A stretch of DNA of 51,943 nt, counting the filler, from Streblomastix strix (Eukaryota), in assembly GCA_008636045.1 (NCBI GenBank). It is 3 parts of 3 records of this genome, joined end to end, with 100 filler letters (N's around TTAATTAATTAA, not from the genome) between each part and the next. Parts side by side here need not be neighbours in the genome. Positions count along the whole stretch, not along the records: positions 1 to 17,263 come from SNRW01000712.1; 2 more parts are not named here. One strand, written 5' to 3'. The position numbers were made by a program, and so were the translations under genes. This document shows, one piece after another, positions 1-11,727 of this stretch. Under the pieces are notes generated by a model, which was not told the DNA's origin, ran no database searches, and saw nothing but the letters and a program-made list of their open reading frames with translations. Position 1 is the stretch's first letter; every line of letters begins with the position of its first letter.

Positions 1-746
1 AATTTAATAAAAATTAATTTTAAGAAACTATTCGAATAAATAGTGAATATATCAAATAAAAATGCTTGTGAAAATAAATTATGCTATTGAAAAATATGTT
101 TCAAATTATAAGGCAAAAAAATTATTAGGGAAAATAAAATATTCAAAAAAAGAGTTATTTTTATTTGTTTTTATCCGATCATCAAATGGAAAAATAAATT
201 AAAAAATGTCATTTAAATTGCACTAAATAAATTCGTGATAAAGATGATTTCATTAATGTGACACTTAATCGTAAATATTATAAAAAATTATTTGATATAA
301 TATAAAAGCATCATTTATGGAAAAAATATGTAGAACTATTGTGATTATAAGTTCTTGAAAATTTCGATTAATTTGATGAAGATTAACAACCAGTATTATT
401 TTATGATGAATTATATTCAACATTTAATTGTCGAGGATGTTATATTCATCCAATTTACTTTCATTTATATTATAATATATAGATCCAAATTATAGTGTAT
501 GAATCCAATGAAATGCTTATTTACTTGTTATTCGAGTCAAATAGACTTTTGGTATATAACAGAATGCACAATATTAAAAACATGTGGACGATGCTAAATT
601 CAAACATAATAATGAGAAAACATTTTTCTTAGTCACGTAATAAAATATGAAAAAATGAAAGATTTTTAATGAAAAGTGAAATTATACTTTATAAAACCGA
701 TTTTTTTGGAAGAATAAGACTAATAATTATAAGTATAATTGATTAA

Positions 747-1080
747 AAAAGTAACCAATTTAAAGTCAAATTTCAATTGTATTATAATCTGTATTGAATT
801 TATCATTCTTGAAATTTTAAATACGTTTAACTACAATAATTTTGAAAAAAAACAATTGTTGATTAATGAGGTATATTTTAATAAATATAAATGTGTAGTG
901 AAAAAGATATTTTTAAAGTAAATTTGTGATTTTATCATGTGCAATCTTAAATAGTCTAAATATGGTGATAAAACAAATAAAATATTATTATATTGCACAT
1001 TGAATACAAATTACGAAATATTAACATATTTTCGCGTTAAAATCAAAAATTTGAAATTTGACTTTAAATTGTTTACTTTT
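747..1080. repeat. Foldback/MITE-like element with ~30-bp terminal inverted repeats
   Basis: AAAAGTAACCAATTTAAAGTCAAATTTCAA (747-776) is the reverse complement of TTGAAATTTGACTTTAAATTGTTTACTTTT (1051-1080) with one mismatch. A weaker inner inverted pair lies at ~921-945 and ~992-1012. Confidence 0.6.
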
Positions 1081-1094
1081 CGTACAAATAATTA

Positions 1095-1455
1095 GGGTTG
1101 CTGGTGAAACCAAAACCTGTGGTGAAGTCAAAACCGCACTTTTTGATTTCTATATTTTTTAAAATTTATACCAAAATTTATATGTATTTTGAAGTCTATT
1201 TTCAAATATATGTTGATTAAATTATGAGAGATATTTGTTGGTTCGCAACCCAGTGATTTTCTAAAAAATTTAGAAAAAAATTGAAAATTTTATTTTTACA
1301 GATTTTAAGAATAATATTGTATAATAATAATTAATGTGCTACATATTAAATATAATATTAAAATTTATTTACAGCTTATGAAAATATTAATTTTTTAAAT
1401 CATTAAAAAGTAAGGTTTTAACTTCACCACACGGTTTTGATTTCACCTACAACCC
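1095..1455. mobile_element. Non-autonomous MITE, Tc1/mariner-like (TA-flanked, ~50-bp imperfect TIRs)
   Basis: Left end TA|GGGTTGCTGGTGAAACCAAAACCTGTGGTGAAGTCAAAACC. Right end GGTTTTAACTTCACCACACGGTTTTGATTTCACCTACAACCC|TA. The interior is non-coding. Confidence 0.75.
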
Positions 1456-1635
1456 TATATTTAAACATAAATTAATAAATATTAAAAAACAAATTAATTT
1501 GAAATAAAGAAATATACTAGTTTATTTTAAATTTTAATCTATTGAAAGCAGAATCAATAAATATCCGTGAAAAATCAGGTGAAATTTTCATATTTTTATG
1601 ATACCTTATGTCTATTTCTACGATTTTAAAAAGTA

Positions 1636-1675
1636 AGCCTCCGGAGGGGATTAAACTCTTGACCTTCACTTTATT
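1636..1675 (-). pseudogene. Degenerate inverted copy of the tRNA-Thr 3' half
   Basis: The reverse complement AATAAAGTGAAGGTCAAGAGTTTAATCCCCTCCGGAGGCT aligns to 1865-1904 with several mismatches in the T arm. Confidence 0.7.
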
Positions 1676-1817
1676 GACATCTTTAATCATTACACTTTAT
1701 GCTGTATTATCATATTCATTATTAGTCTATATTAATACAAATATGTAGATATCTTTTTGACAGCCTTCGTAGCTAAGTAGTCTATATTAATACAAATATG
1801 GAGGCCAATTTTTGATG

Positions 1818-1904
1818 GCCTTCGTAGCTAAGTAGCATAGCGTCAGTCTCGTACTTAATTTTCGAATAAACTGAAGGTCAAGGGTTCGATTCCCTTCGGA
1901 GGCT
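1818..1904 (+). tRNA. tRNA-Thr(CGT) with a 15-nt intron at the canonical 37/38 position
   Basis: Acceptor stem GCCTTCG/CGGAGGC, D stem GCTA/TAGC, anticodon stem TCAGT/ACTGA, anticodon CGT 1850-1852, intron 1854-1868, T arm AAGGG-TTCGATT-CCCTT, discriminator T, then a T run. The D loop lacks the usual GG. Confidence 0.85.
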
Positions 1905-2185
1905 CATTTTTTATTAATTTTATTCATATTGAACTAAAGAGGCTCGCAATATATGCAAAAAGTCAATAAATGACTATTCATATTATTCAAATCTAAATTC
2001 ACATTTTATTTTACATTACAGCATAATTCTCAATCAATATGCTACAAAAATATTTAAATATTTATTAAATCATTTTATTATTAAATGATTGCATTATTTA
2101 TAGAATTTTTTTAAATATAAATGTAGAAATGAAACATTTAAATTGAATTTAAAGTTTTTTTTTTATTTTGACAAAGATATTCAAA

Positions 2186-5100
2186 ATGTTCAATAATATT
2201 TATCAATTTCCTCCTTCATCCGTATAGTCAAATTGGCAGAATCCTTAAAACTATTTTTAATAATTAAACGCATTGATGAATTCTACTGGCGAGTCACAAA
2301 ATATATTTCTGAAAGAAATCAATAATATCTGTTTATCTTGTATGTATATATTTTAATTTCTAAAAATTTTAATAGAATTTCTGTTTTATAACATATTTAT
2401 ATATTTCAGCTCATGAATATTGCTTACAGTTAGTTAGACACGGCCTTGTTGAGAAAATTTGTGAAGTTTATAATCAAAATTAGACTAGAGACACAAAAGT
2501 ATTTTATTAGAACTTTCGATTATTATTCTTCATACTCTTAATTAACAAATTTCTATTTCATTCATAGAATTTATGTATTCATTGCTTGAATGCGATTGGA
2601 ATAACTCAAGGCGATCCTGAATTTGTAGGAGGAGGTTGCAGTCTAGCTCTACAGCTGATTGAAATATCTTCTGTTTGCCATTATTATATTTTTAAGTAGT
2701 CTTATATTTTTCTTAGAGCGCCAACGAAGAAGTAGGAAGAGCAGGGAAGAGAGAATTTTTCAAGATCGCAAGTACAAATGGTTGGAATAAAGATGATTCG
2801 TATATTGCTGGAGTTCTCAATGAGTGGTTTCAACAAGCATGTAATTATGAGCCTCAAAGCACATATTTTTAATTTGACAATTCATTTCAAACAGAAGTAA
2901 TAGAAGATTAAAATATTTAGTAAAAATAAATGCATCTGAATGAAGAATAAGAAAATATTCAAAATCAGACCAATGAAAAGATTTCAGATAAAGATGATGA
3001 TGAATAAGACGAAATATCTGACCACCAAATACAGCACCAAAAGCGAACCCACCAAAGATTCACCAACACAACAAGTAAGAACCGTAAAGCTGGAGATGAC
3101 AACAGCATCCAAAGTTAAGATTCAAGTGTTATTAATATGAATACAGTTGATGGACAAGATTAAGAATAAGAATAAGAATAAAGTGATGATGATCATGATA
3201 AGAGCGAGAGTGCACATCACCATAAACATCAACAGCACACTAATTACAGATCAAAGAAATAGCAGATCAATGAAACTAACAACAGTGGTACTGATCAAGA
3301 TGCTACTTCACATAAGCATAAAAGTTCGCATCACCACAAATGAGGATAGAAGCATGAAACTGGAAGACACAAGAGATAGGATGGGAAGAGAAGTGAAGGC
3401 AAAAACAAATAGAAACACAATCGTAAGAAATAAGACAACAGTTCGGATGAAGAATAAGAAGAAATAAATGAAGTAAACTAAATTAAAGAATAAGACGAAT
3501 AATAATAATATTAAGAAGATGATGAGAATATTAAGAAATAGAAATAAGAAAGAGAGTAAACATGTTATGATGAGAGACAGAAGAGAAAAGAGAAGAGGAG
3601 AGGATAATCAGACAATGAAGGAATAGAAGATGTAGAAGAATAATAGGAAAATGAAGAAGGAATAGTTGATTAGATCTAAAAAGATGGATAATATCAATAA
3701 ATGGATGAATAAGAAAGATAGGAATAGATTTAATAGGAGAGATAAATACAATAATAATCTGAAGCATCTGCACAACCTGTGAAAACGGTATTTCTCAGAG
3801 TTGATGAAGAATCAAAGAAAAGATATGAAAGAGCATTTTAATTTGCCTGGATTATACACCATCAACAGGTATTAGAGGAAGGAATGTTTCGTATGGGAAT
3901 TCTTCGCCCAGAATTACATTCAAAATAATATTATTAGCTTTAAATGTAATAAGAGTAGAAGAATAATGAAGAATAAAGAAAAATGGATAATGTTAAATAA
4001 GAATAAAATGATAATGAAAATAAATAAAATGAATAAATAAATAATAAAGAAACATAATAAGAATAATCAGATTCAGATTTTGATATGGATGATGATGAAT
4101 TTCTGGAATGTTTCTATGAAGGATCAATTGATGATGATGATGAAGAATATGATACAGATGAAGATGAAGTTGAAGATGAATAAACAGAGTAAATTAAAGA
4201 AGAAGAGAAATAAGTTGAATAAAAAATAGATAAACCGGAGTAATTATAAGAACATCAACAATCTATTGATGTGATACAATAGCCAACACCAGAAAAATAA
4301 GAGATTACAAAAGATAAATAAATAAAAATTGCTGATGAATAACAAACAATTAAAAAAGTTGAAGAATCTAAATCTAATGAAGAAATAAATGAGAAATAAG
4401 AAGATTTGCAGGAAGGGGACATTACTTTTGATGGATAAGTGTATCATAATTTGGAAGATAAAGAAGATGAACAATAATTCATTAAGCAAGGATTTATTGA
4501 ATATAAATAGGAATAAAAGATAGATAATATAGGAAATGATAAATAAGAAGATAAATAAATTCAGATCGTGAAAGATATATCAGAAACAAAAGATGCACCA
4601 ATCTCATCTCAATCAACTCTATTCTATCTTCCATCTTTGGGATCAGCATCTTTTTCATTATAATCAACACCCACTCAATAAGAAATAGATATAAATACTC
4701 CTTATACATTGGAATAATAAGAAATACAACACACTCCATTAATATCATTAAACACACTGTCACTTCAGGATTTAGATATAACATCCAGTGATTCTGTTCA
4801 ATTATAATCTGATCAACCAAAACATGATAATATTGATTTATAATAATAATCACCAACGTAATAAACTGTCGATCCAGGTATTCTTAAAGATGAATCTGAA
4901 AACAAAAATGAATAATAATAATAGAAACAATCTTATCATATTAATTCACCTCCTTCCAATATACATCCATCAATACCATTGCATATACCAATACCATCAA
5001 TAAGATAACATTCTCCATATTAGTAGAATATAAATACAAATATAAATTAGAGTCAAAATATTAATGTTTATTATCCAAATCAAAATAATAAGAAAAATGC

Positions 5101-6469
5101 CTTATTTCCAACTCCACCTCCCCCACCGTTACCTCATTTATTAAATCATTAAACTCAATCATCATATTTACCTTCTTTATAATAATATTCACCATAACAA
5201 TAACAATAATAATAATAATCTTCTTTATCTCCAAAATCAGCATCATTAATATTAGATACAGATTAACATAGTTCATCCTTGATTGCATCTGAACCATTAT
5301 CATAAGAAACAAATTCAATAACATCAACAGATATTACATAATAAACAACATCATCAGAGTTATAATAGAAAGATAAATAAGATTAATCACCACTACAATT
5401 AAAGAATAATTCTTCTTATTTACTAACACAAGATTCTAATTAACAACTAAGTCCATTTAAAGTCAAACTTATTCATTCTCCATCTCCAGCTCCATTAAGA
5501 ATATCCAATTCTCCTTCAGGATCATAATTCACTTATACTGGATCAGCATCCAGGACCCCAAAATAATAAACATACACTACTCCTCCTCCAATACAATCTA
5601 TTATTCCTCTTTCTTTGCCTAAACCAACTTAGATGATTAATTAATAGTAAATAAACTAACAATAGTCAATACTTTCGCCTAAAGGGAAAAATTAATCAAC
5701 ATCTCTCCCACCAGTGAATGATTCTCCATCGTTGCAGACAAAGACATAAAATTAAACATCTCCAACTCCACAAATAATAACAACACAAGTGAATCAATAA
5801 TCAAATGAGAACTAATCACCTCCTAAAACGTCTCAATCTATGAATAAGAAACATAAGAATAAATAATAGAAATAATAACAGTAATAACAACAGTAATAAT
5901 AATAACCTTAATAATAACAACAGTAATAATAACCTTAATAGTAACCTTAATAATAAACTCAATAATAAAGTCAATAATAATAATAACTTCCTCAGTAGAA
6001 AATCCAACCACCTCCATAATCACCATAGAATGGTCAAAGATCCCCATAGATTCCCCTAATGAATACTCCCCAATCAAATATTAGATAATAACAATCTGTG
6101 AGTGTGGTGAGTAATAGTAATCCAAATTAGAACTTCAAAGAACCTGTTCTTTAATAACCATTTGCATCTGCTAAAGGAAAACCACCTTTGAAAAACCAAT
6201 TTATGTACAAAAGCACAGTTCCATTAAATAGCACTGATTCATCCTCTGTTCAATCACAACCAATTGTATAACCGAATATTACTCCATAATATGCATATGC
6301 ACCAGCAATAAATGCTTATCAACCAATTATATAACCTTATTCGATGCAAGCAGCATAACCACAGAATATGTACACCAATCAATACTTGTATAGTGGGTTT
6401 GGATTCTAACATAATAGCACTTCAACATAATTCACATATCGCTCTGGTGACAAGAAGAAGAAACCATGA
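2186..6469 (+). CDS. Large low-complexity (Q/N/E/D/S/P-rich) hypothetical protein, 4 exons
   Basis: ATG at 2186 and three short GT-AG introns, then a long exon from 2717 whose frame matches the TGA at 6467-6469 when TAR=Gln. No domain recognised. Confidence 0.7.
5868..5990 (+). repeat. Coding AAT/AAC-rich tandem repeat (Asn-rich tract)
   Basis: Repeated AATAATAACAGT and AATAATAACCTT units inside the CDS. Confidence 0.7.
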
Positions 6470-6625
6470 CATGAACTTTGTTTATTTATTTGCATTTAAA
6501 CCAGTAAGAAACTTTTATGATTTTTAATAATATTATTAATAATTTTTATTTAAGTAATTCTTCAACTCACTATTTATTATTGTATGATTACTGTTGTATA
6601 AATATCAATAACAAATATAACATTA

Positions 6626-8437
6626 TCAAAGTTCATCATTTGTTTTAACACCAGACATTCCACCGAATGGATTTTATTGCCTTTATTTTTCTTCTTCTTT
6701 TTTTCTCTTTCTTTTTTCTTCCTTTTCTTTCTTCTTTTCTTCTTATTCCTCAACACGAATAGCTTCTTCATCAACTGCAATTGCTAAGTTAGGAATCTGA
6801 TTCTTCAGGAAACGGCGGATTCTCTGTGGTGAATAGAATATTCCGAAGTATATTGGATGTGTCTTGTCTCCAGCTGGAAACAGATACAGTGTTGGAAATC
6901 CATTCATTGTGTATACAGGTGGGTAATCATTCAAAGTCAGATCCATAGTTGCAAACACGACTCTCTTATCCTCTTTGACTTCTTCAGCCATCTCCAAAAG
7001 TTCAGGTTTGAGTTTCTTGCATTTATGGCACCATGGAGCAGTGAATGCAACAAACTAATATTTATCTTTAGCTTCATCTGAGAGGATTATTTCATTGAAT
7101 GTATCACCAACCATATGAATAAGAGCATTAGAGGGTTCTTTTGGGATTGGTTCAGATCTCAGTCTTAATGGAATCTCTCCAGAAAGAAATTATTCAACAT
7201 AAGCAGTTATAAGCCATGAATCTACACATGGAACTGGTTTTGGTGTTTATTGCTCTTATTCAGTCGCATTCTAAACATTTGATGCTTTTTCTCCAGTTGC
7301 TTCTTCAATTCTCTGATCTTTTGGCTTATTATCAACTGGGATCTTCCAATCACTGACATTCCAAGGTCTGTTCAATTTCTTCCTAATCTCTTCTTCTTCA
7401 CGTATAAGTAATGGATAATGAGCTCTTGTTCCATTAATTGGCGATGGATAAGGCTGCTCAATTGTGAATCCAGGAAGATTATCACCACTGAGACCCAATG
7501 ATCCTATTAAACGCCAGTGTATGTTGTTATCTACAAAAGTGAAGATCATTTTTCCTCGAAATTTCTTTGCTACAATTAATGCTTCTGAATAGAAATGGTT
7601 CATTTCAGTCTGGTTCTTATCAATGAAGTAGAATCCAACTGGTCCTTAGGATTCCATATACAGCTGCGCATTGTACGGAGATATCTCTTCAACTAAAGGA
7701 ATCCTGCATTAGTCTACCCAATCAATAAGTTGATAAAGTAAAGTAAATTATTTCTTGTTTAACAGTTGTTAATTTAATGAATTCTCTTAACTTGGAGGTA
7801 TCTTCTTTGTCTCATTATATGCAAAGTCTTCAATAAAGGCCTCGCGTATGTGATAAAATTGAAATGAGCTCTCCTGTTGATTATCCTCAGCGTCAACATA
7901 ACAATATACATCATCATTCGGATTTCGAGTGTTATAAGCAGTATTAAAGAAGGCTTCTTTATCTTTCTTCCTATTTGGTGGTATCTATGCTACAATGACA
8001 TGTTTGTAGAATTGGGAAATTTGCTCGATTTCGTTTGTGTTGTTGAAGTGACGAGGATAATTTGACGTTTTATCTCTTATCCAGTTATATATATCTGGTT
8101 TATTAATTTATCCATAAAAACCATCATTTTCAACCCTAAGCATATATAAAATAAAATTTATTTATCATGATAACAAATATAAGGCAAACATATAGACACG
8201 CATCATTGGCAGTTATTTAACATCGCCCCTTTTACAAGTCTGAACATCTTCCACACAATCTACTGATATCATATTTATTCCCAAGAATTATTTGCTTTTT
8301 TATATATCAGTAAATATTTTCAAGAAATTTTCGCTTTCTTCATCACGGGAAATGTAATAGAGAACAATCTAATCTTGCTCATCTTCGAAACCAACAGCAT
8401 AAAGAAGTGAAATAGCAAAAATAGCGAAAAGTAGCAT
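6626..8437 (-). CDS. Protein disulfide isomerase family protein (a-b-b'-a' type), 1 intron
   Basis: Signal peptide MLLFAIFAISLLYA. C-terminal thioredoxin domain FTAPWCHKCKKLKPE...GFPTLYLFPAG. ER-retention end NDEL, then TGA. Confidence 0.9.
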
Positions 8438-8796
8438 TTATATTCTAATCAAAAATACAAATAAAACAATGTAAAACATGAAAAATAATTGAATAATTGA
8501 GAATATATGAGTTTATTACTTTACAATTTAGTAGATGAAGAGAAAATGGCATTAGAATTTATTATTTTTTCCATTCGTTAATATCTAATTTTTATCTCTT
8601 AAAAATACAACATTTTTGCTTAAACATACTCAAATATAATAAATTATTTATTTTATACATCAATATTACTTGGATGTAGAGTAAATCGGCAGGAAAATTT
8701 GCTAGAAAAAAAAATAAAAAGTTCATATTAAAGTTTTGTATTATTACATTACATAACATTTTGACTTTGAGAAACACAAAACAAATGGTGAGCAAT

Positions 8797-8931
8797 TCAC
8801 GTTCCTAAGTCCTGCTCCCAGATTTCAATGCTATCTTCTTTGATTCTGAACCCTTCTTTTCTCAAAGCTTGTAATATCTACTCGCTGTGCTCAGATCCGG
8901 CTGTGTCTACAACTAAAAATAATAAATAATA

Positions 8932-8989
<58 letters not shown>

Positions 8990-10150
8990 TATATTAATTA
9001 AAAATAGCCCACCCATGTCAATCTCCTAATATCCAAGTTTCATTCCCTAATGTTATCTTGTTTGGTTTATATTGAAAATATTTCCTTTATTATCTCCAAT
9101 AACTGAGGCGAGACGGGACACCTGCCCCACCTTGTCATCTATTATAGCCTTGAAGCGTATACGCCTCTTTGATGATAACAATCCTCGATCTATAATACTA
9201 GATATGGTTGTTACATTGATGTTTCCACCTGCAATGAGCAAACATACCTTCTTGAATTAAGAAGGGATCTTCCCAGCTAACATTGCAGCAACTGGAACAG
9301 CACCAGCTCCTTCAGCTACAACATGCTGGTTCTCAAGAAGGAATAGAATGGCTTCAGATATTTCATCTTCAGATACAGCCAATATTCGTACTTTATGGGG
9401 TAATGTTTGAAGGAGTGAGAAAGTTTTAGTTCCTGCAGCTCTTACTTATATTTCATCTGCTATTGTAACTGCCTTCTTAAGTGTTACAAGGTGCCCCTAA
9501 CTAATGCTCTCTTACATGGCTGCAGAAGATGCAGCTTGTACTCCAATGATCTCAATATTCGGGTTAATTGATTTAGCAGCTATTGCAACTCCTGCTATTA
9601 GACCTCCTCCACCAATTGGAACTACAATACAATCTACATCTGGAATAGAATCTAATATATCAAGACACAGGGTACCTTATCCAGCTATGACTAACTCATC
9701 CTCAAATGGATGTATATAAGTGTATTTATTTTCATCTGCAAGTCTTTTCGCTTCTTCATAAGCTTCGTCATAATCATTTCCTTTTAATACAACTTCTGCT
9801 CCATATCTAGAGCAGGCTTCGATCTTGACATATGGGGTTTCCTCAGGCATACAAATAACAGCATGAATACCAAATTGTTGAGCAGCAAGTGCAACTCCAT
9901 GAACATGATTACCAGCGCTGCTAGCAATGATTCCATGTGATTTTTCTTCATCACTCAAGTTTGCTATCTTGTTGTATGCACCACGAATATTGAATGCACC
10001 TGTTCGTTGTAGACATTCGAGTTTCAAATACACTTACTGCGTTTTTGTGCTCAATGCGTCTGATCTGACCATGGGTGTTTTTTCTAGAACAGGTTCAAGG
10101 GTTGTTCTCGCTCGTTTAATATCTTCGATTGTTATTACACCACTACTCAT
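8797..10150 (-). CDS. Threonine/serine dehydratase (PLP fold II plus C-terminal ACT domain); catalytic Lys replaced by Asn
   Basis: Motifs [56 protein letters not shown], then an ACT domain. One intron at 8913-9012. Confidence 0.92.
8935..8986. repeat. (TA)n microsatellite within the dehydratase intron
   Basis: About 25 TA units. Confidence 0.95.
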
Positions 10151-10357
10151 GCAAAATGACTATAAAAATAATATAACGATTAGTAAAATATATTAAAATT
10201 GTTTCGTGCGAGAACAACAAGTGTTTTAAAGAAAAACAATTTCGGAGCTTTTTCTAGAATAGATGTGAATAGAAAATAGCTAAATATGATATTTTATAAT
10301 AGAATTATACAATTACAATAATTAATATAATTTATTTTTAATTAATATATTCAGATT

Positions 10358-11445
10358 ATGGCAGAAAATAGCAGTGAGCGTTTCTGTTTGATATAGTTAT
10401 ATTATAATTTAACAATCATAAAATTACATTACTACTGTATTAATATTATAATATTTATCCTGTTTTAAATACAATAATCACACAATCAAACAGTTTGTGA
10501 AATAACAATTTTTAAGTCCATTTTTAGCGCCTGTTATCTTGTAATTTCCTACTTGTTAAACATTTCTTTACACACACATATTTTTATCATTATTTTAAAA
10601 GATATCATGAATTTTACTATTTGACTCGTGTATATATTAAATTCTAAAATAAATCGCTTATTAAACATCAAATAATAATACACTTTCATTAATTCATATA
10701 AATTTTTACAGTTGTTTTTATTTAGCGTCAAATAGAAATGAATAATCCAAAAGTTGCCTATATCCTTAGAAAGACAACTATAAAAGGTCCAACAATGATC
10801 AGCACAATAGGAAAGAGGGACCAAATTGGATATTTTCTAAAAAGACAGAAAAGTTTGATCCTTTATTATCATTCATTTTATTTATTTTATTTTTAGTGGA
10901 AGATAATGAACAAGACGAAACAGCTTCAAAATGTTCAGAAAAATGTATTTTATTATTTTATTTTATTCATTTCAGAATAAAAAATATTTATAATCATTTG
11001 ACATAATTAGCACGACAAGTTACACACACACGAAGATTCACATGTATATTTATTTACATTATTTATTATTATTATTTGGTTCATATATTATAACTAAGCA
11101 TCATTTCTTTCACCAACACGAAAACAAATTGAAGATGCGAAGTTTAAAGTGAATGAATACAAACCTGGAGTTGGTAGATATACAATTAACTATAAGAGAG
11201 TTGATTCTGAAAAGTTTGTTTTCATATCTTTTTTTATATTAATAAATATCTTTTATTATAACATCAGATATAAACCCAATCCATTTGCTGAACTTTCACC
11301 AGCATTTTTATCGACTGTCAGAGTGGAACCTGGGGATATGAATAAAACAGGACGTGGATGGCTGACAACCAGATCAAATAGCACAGATACTAAAAGGATA
11401 CAAAGTCAGAATAATAACACATTAATTATTGAAGATTAATTCTGA
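10358..11445 (+). CDS. Multi-exon small protein with a SHIPPO/STPG-like PGxGxY motif (possibly axonemal); 5' end uncertain
   Basis: Exons bounded by GT/AG encode SFLSPTRK...EYKPGVGRYTINY and ELSPAFLSTVR. Stop TGA at 11443-11445. Confidence 0.5.
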
Positions 11446-11727
11446 AATTCATTTGATTGTTATTTTTTAAAATAAATTCCTAAAGTTAATAAAGTTTAAT
11501 TATTATTTGTAAATAAATTTGTGAAATATCAATAAAGAAAATAACATGATGAATATTTAGATTCGTTGAAGTGTTTATTATGATGAATATGATATGTTAG
11601 AATGATATGTTGGGAGAAAGTGTATGAATGTATTAGGTCAAAATTCCTCATTATTGAAAATTATTCAATTCTTCGCTCAATGTTGATTTATTATTTTCCT
11701 ATTTTCATTTTCTTCTTGTTTGTTTAT

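Noticed and set aside
2940..6527. Several short standard-code ORFs
   Set aside because: They are off-frame or antisense to the single TAR=Gln exon 2717-6469.
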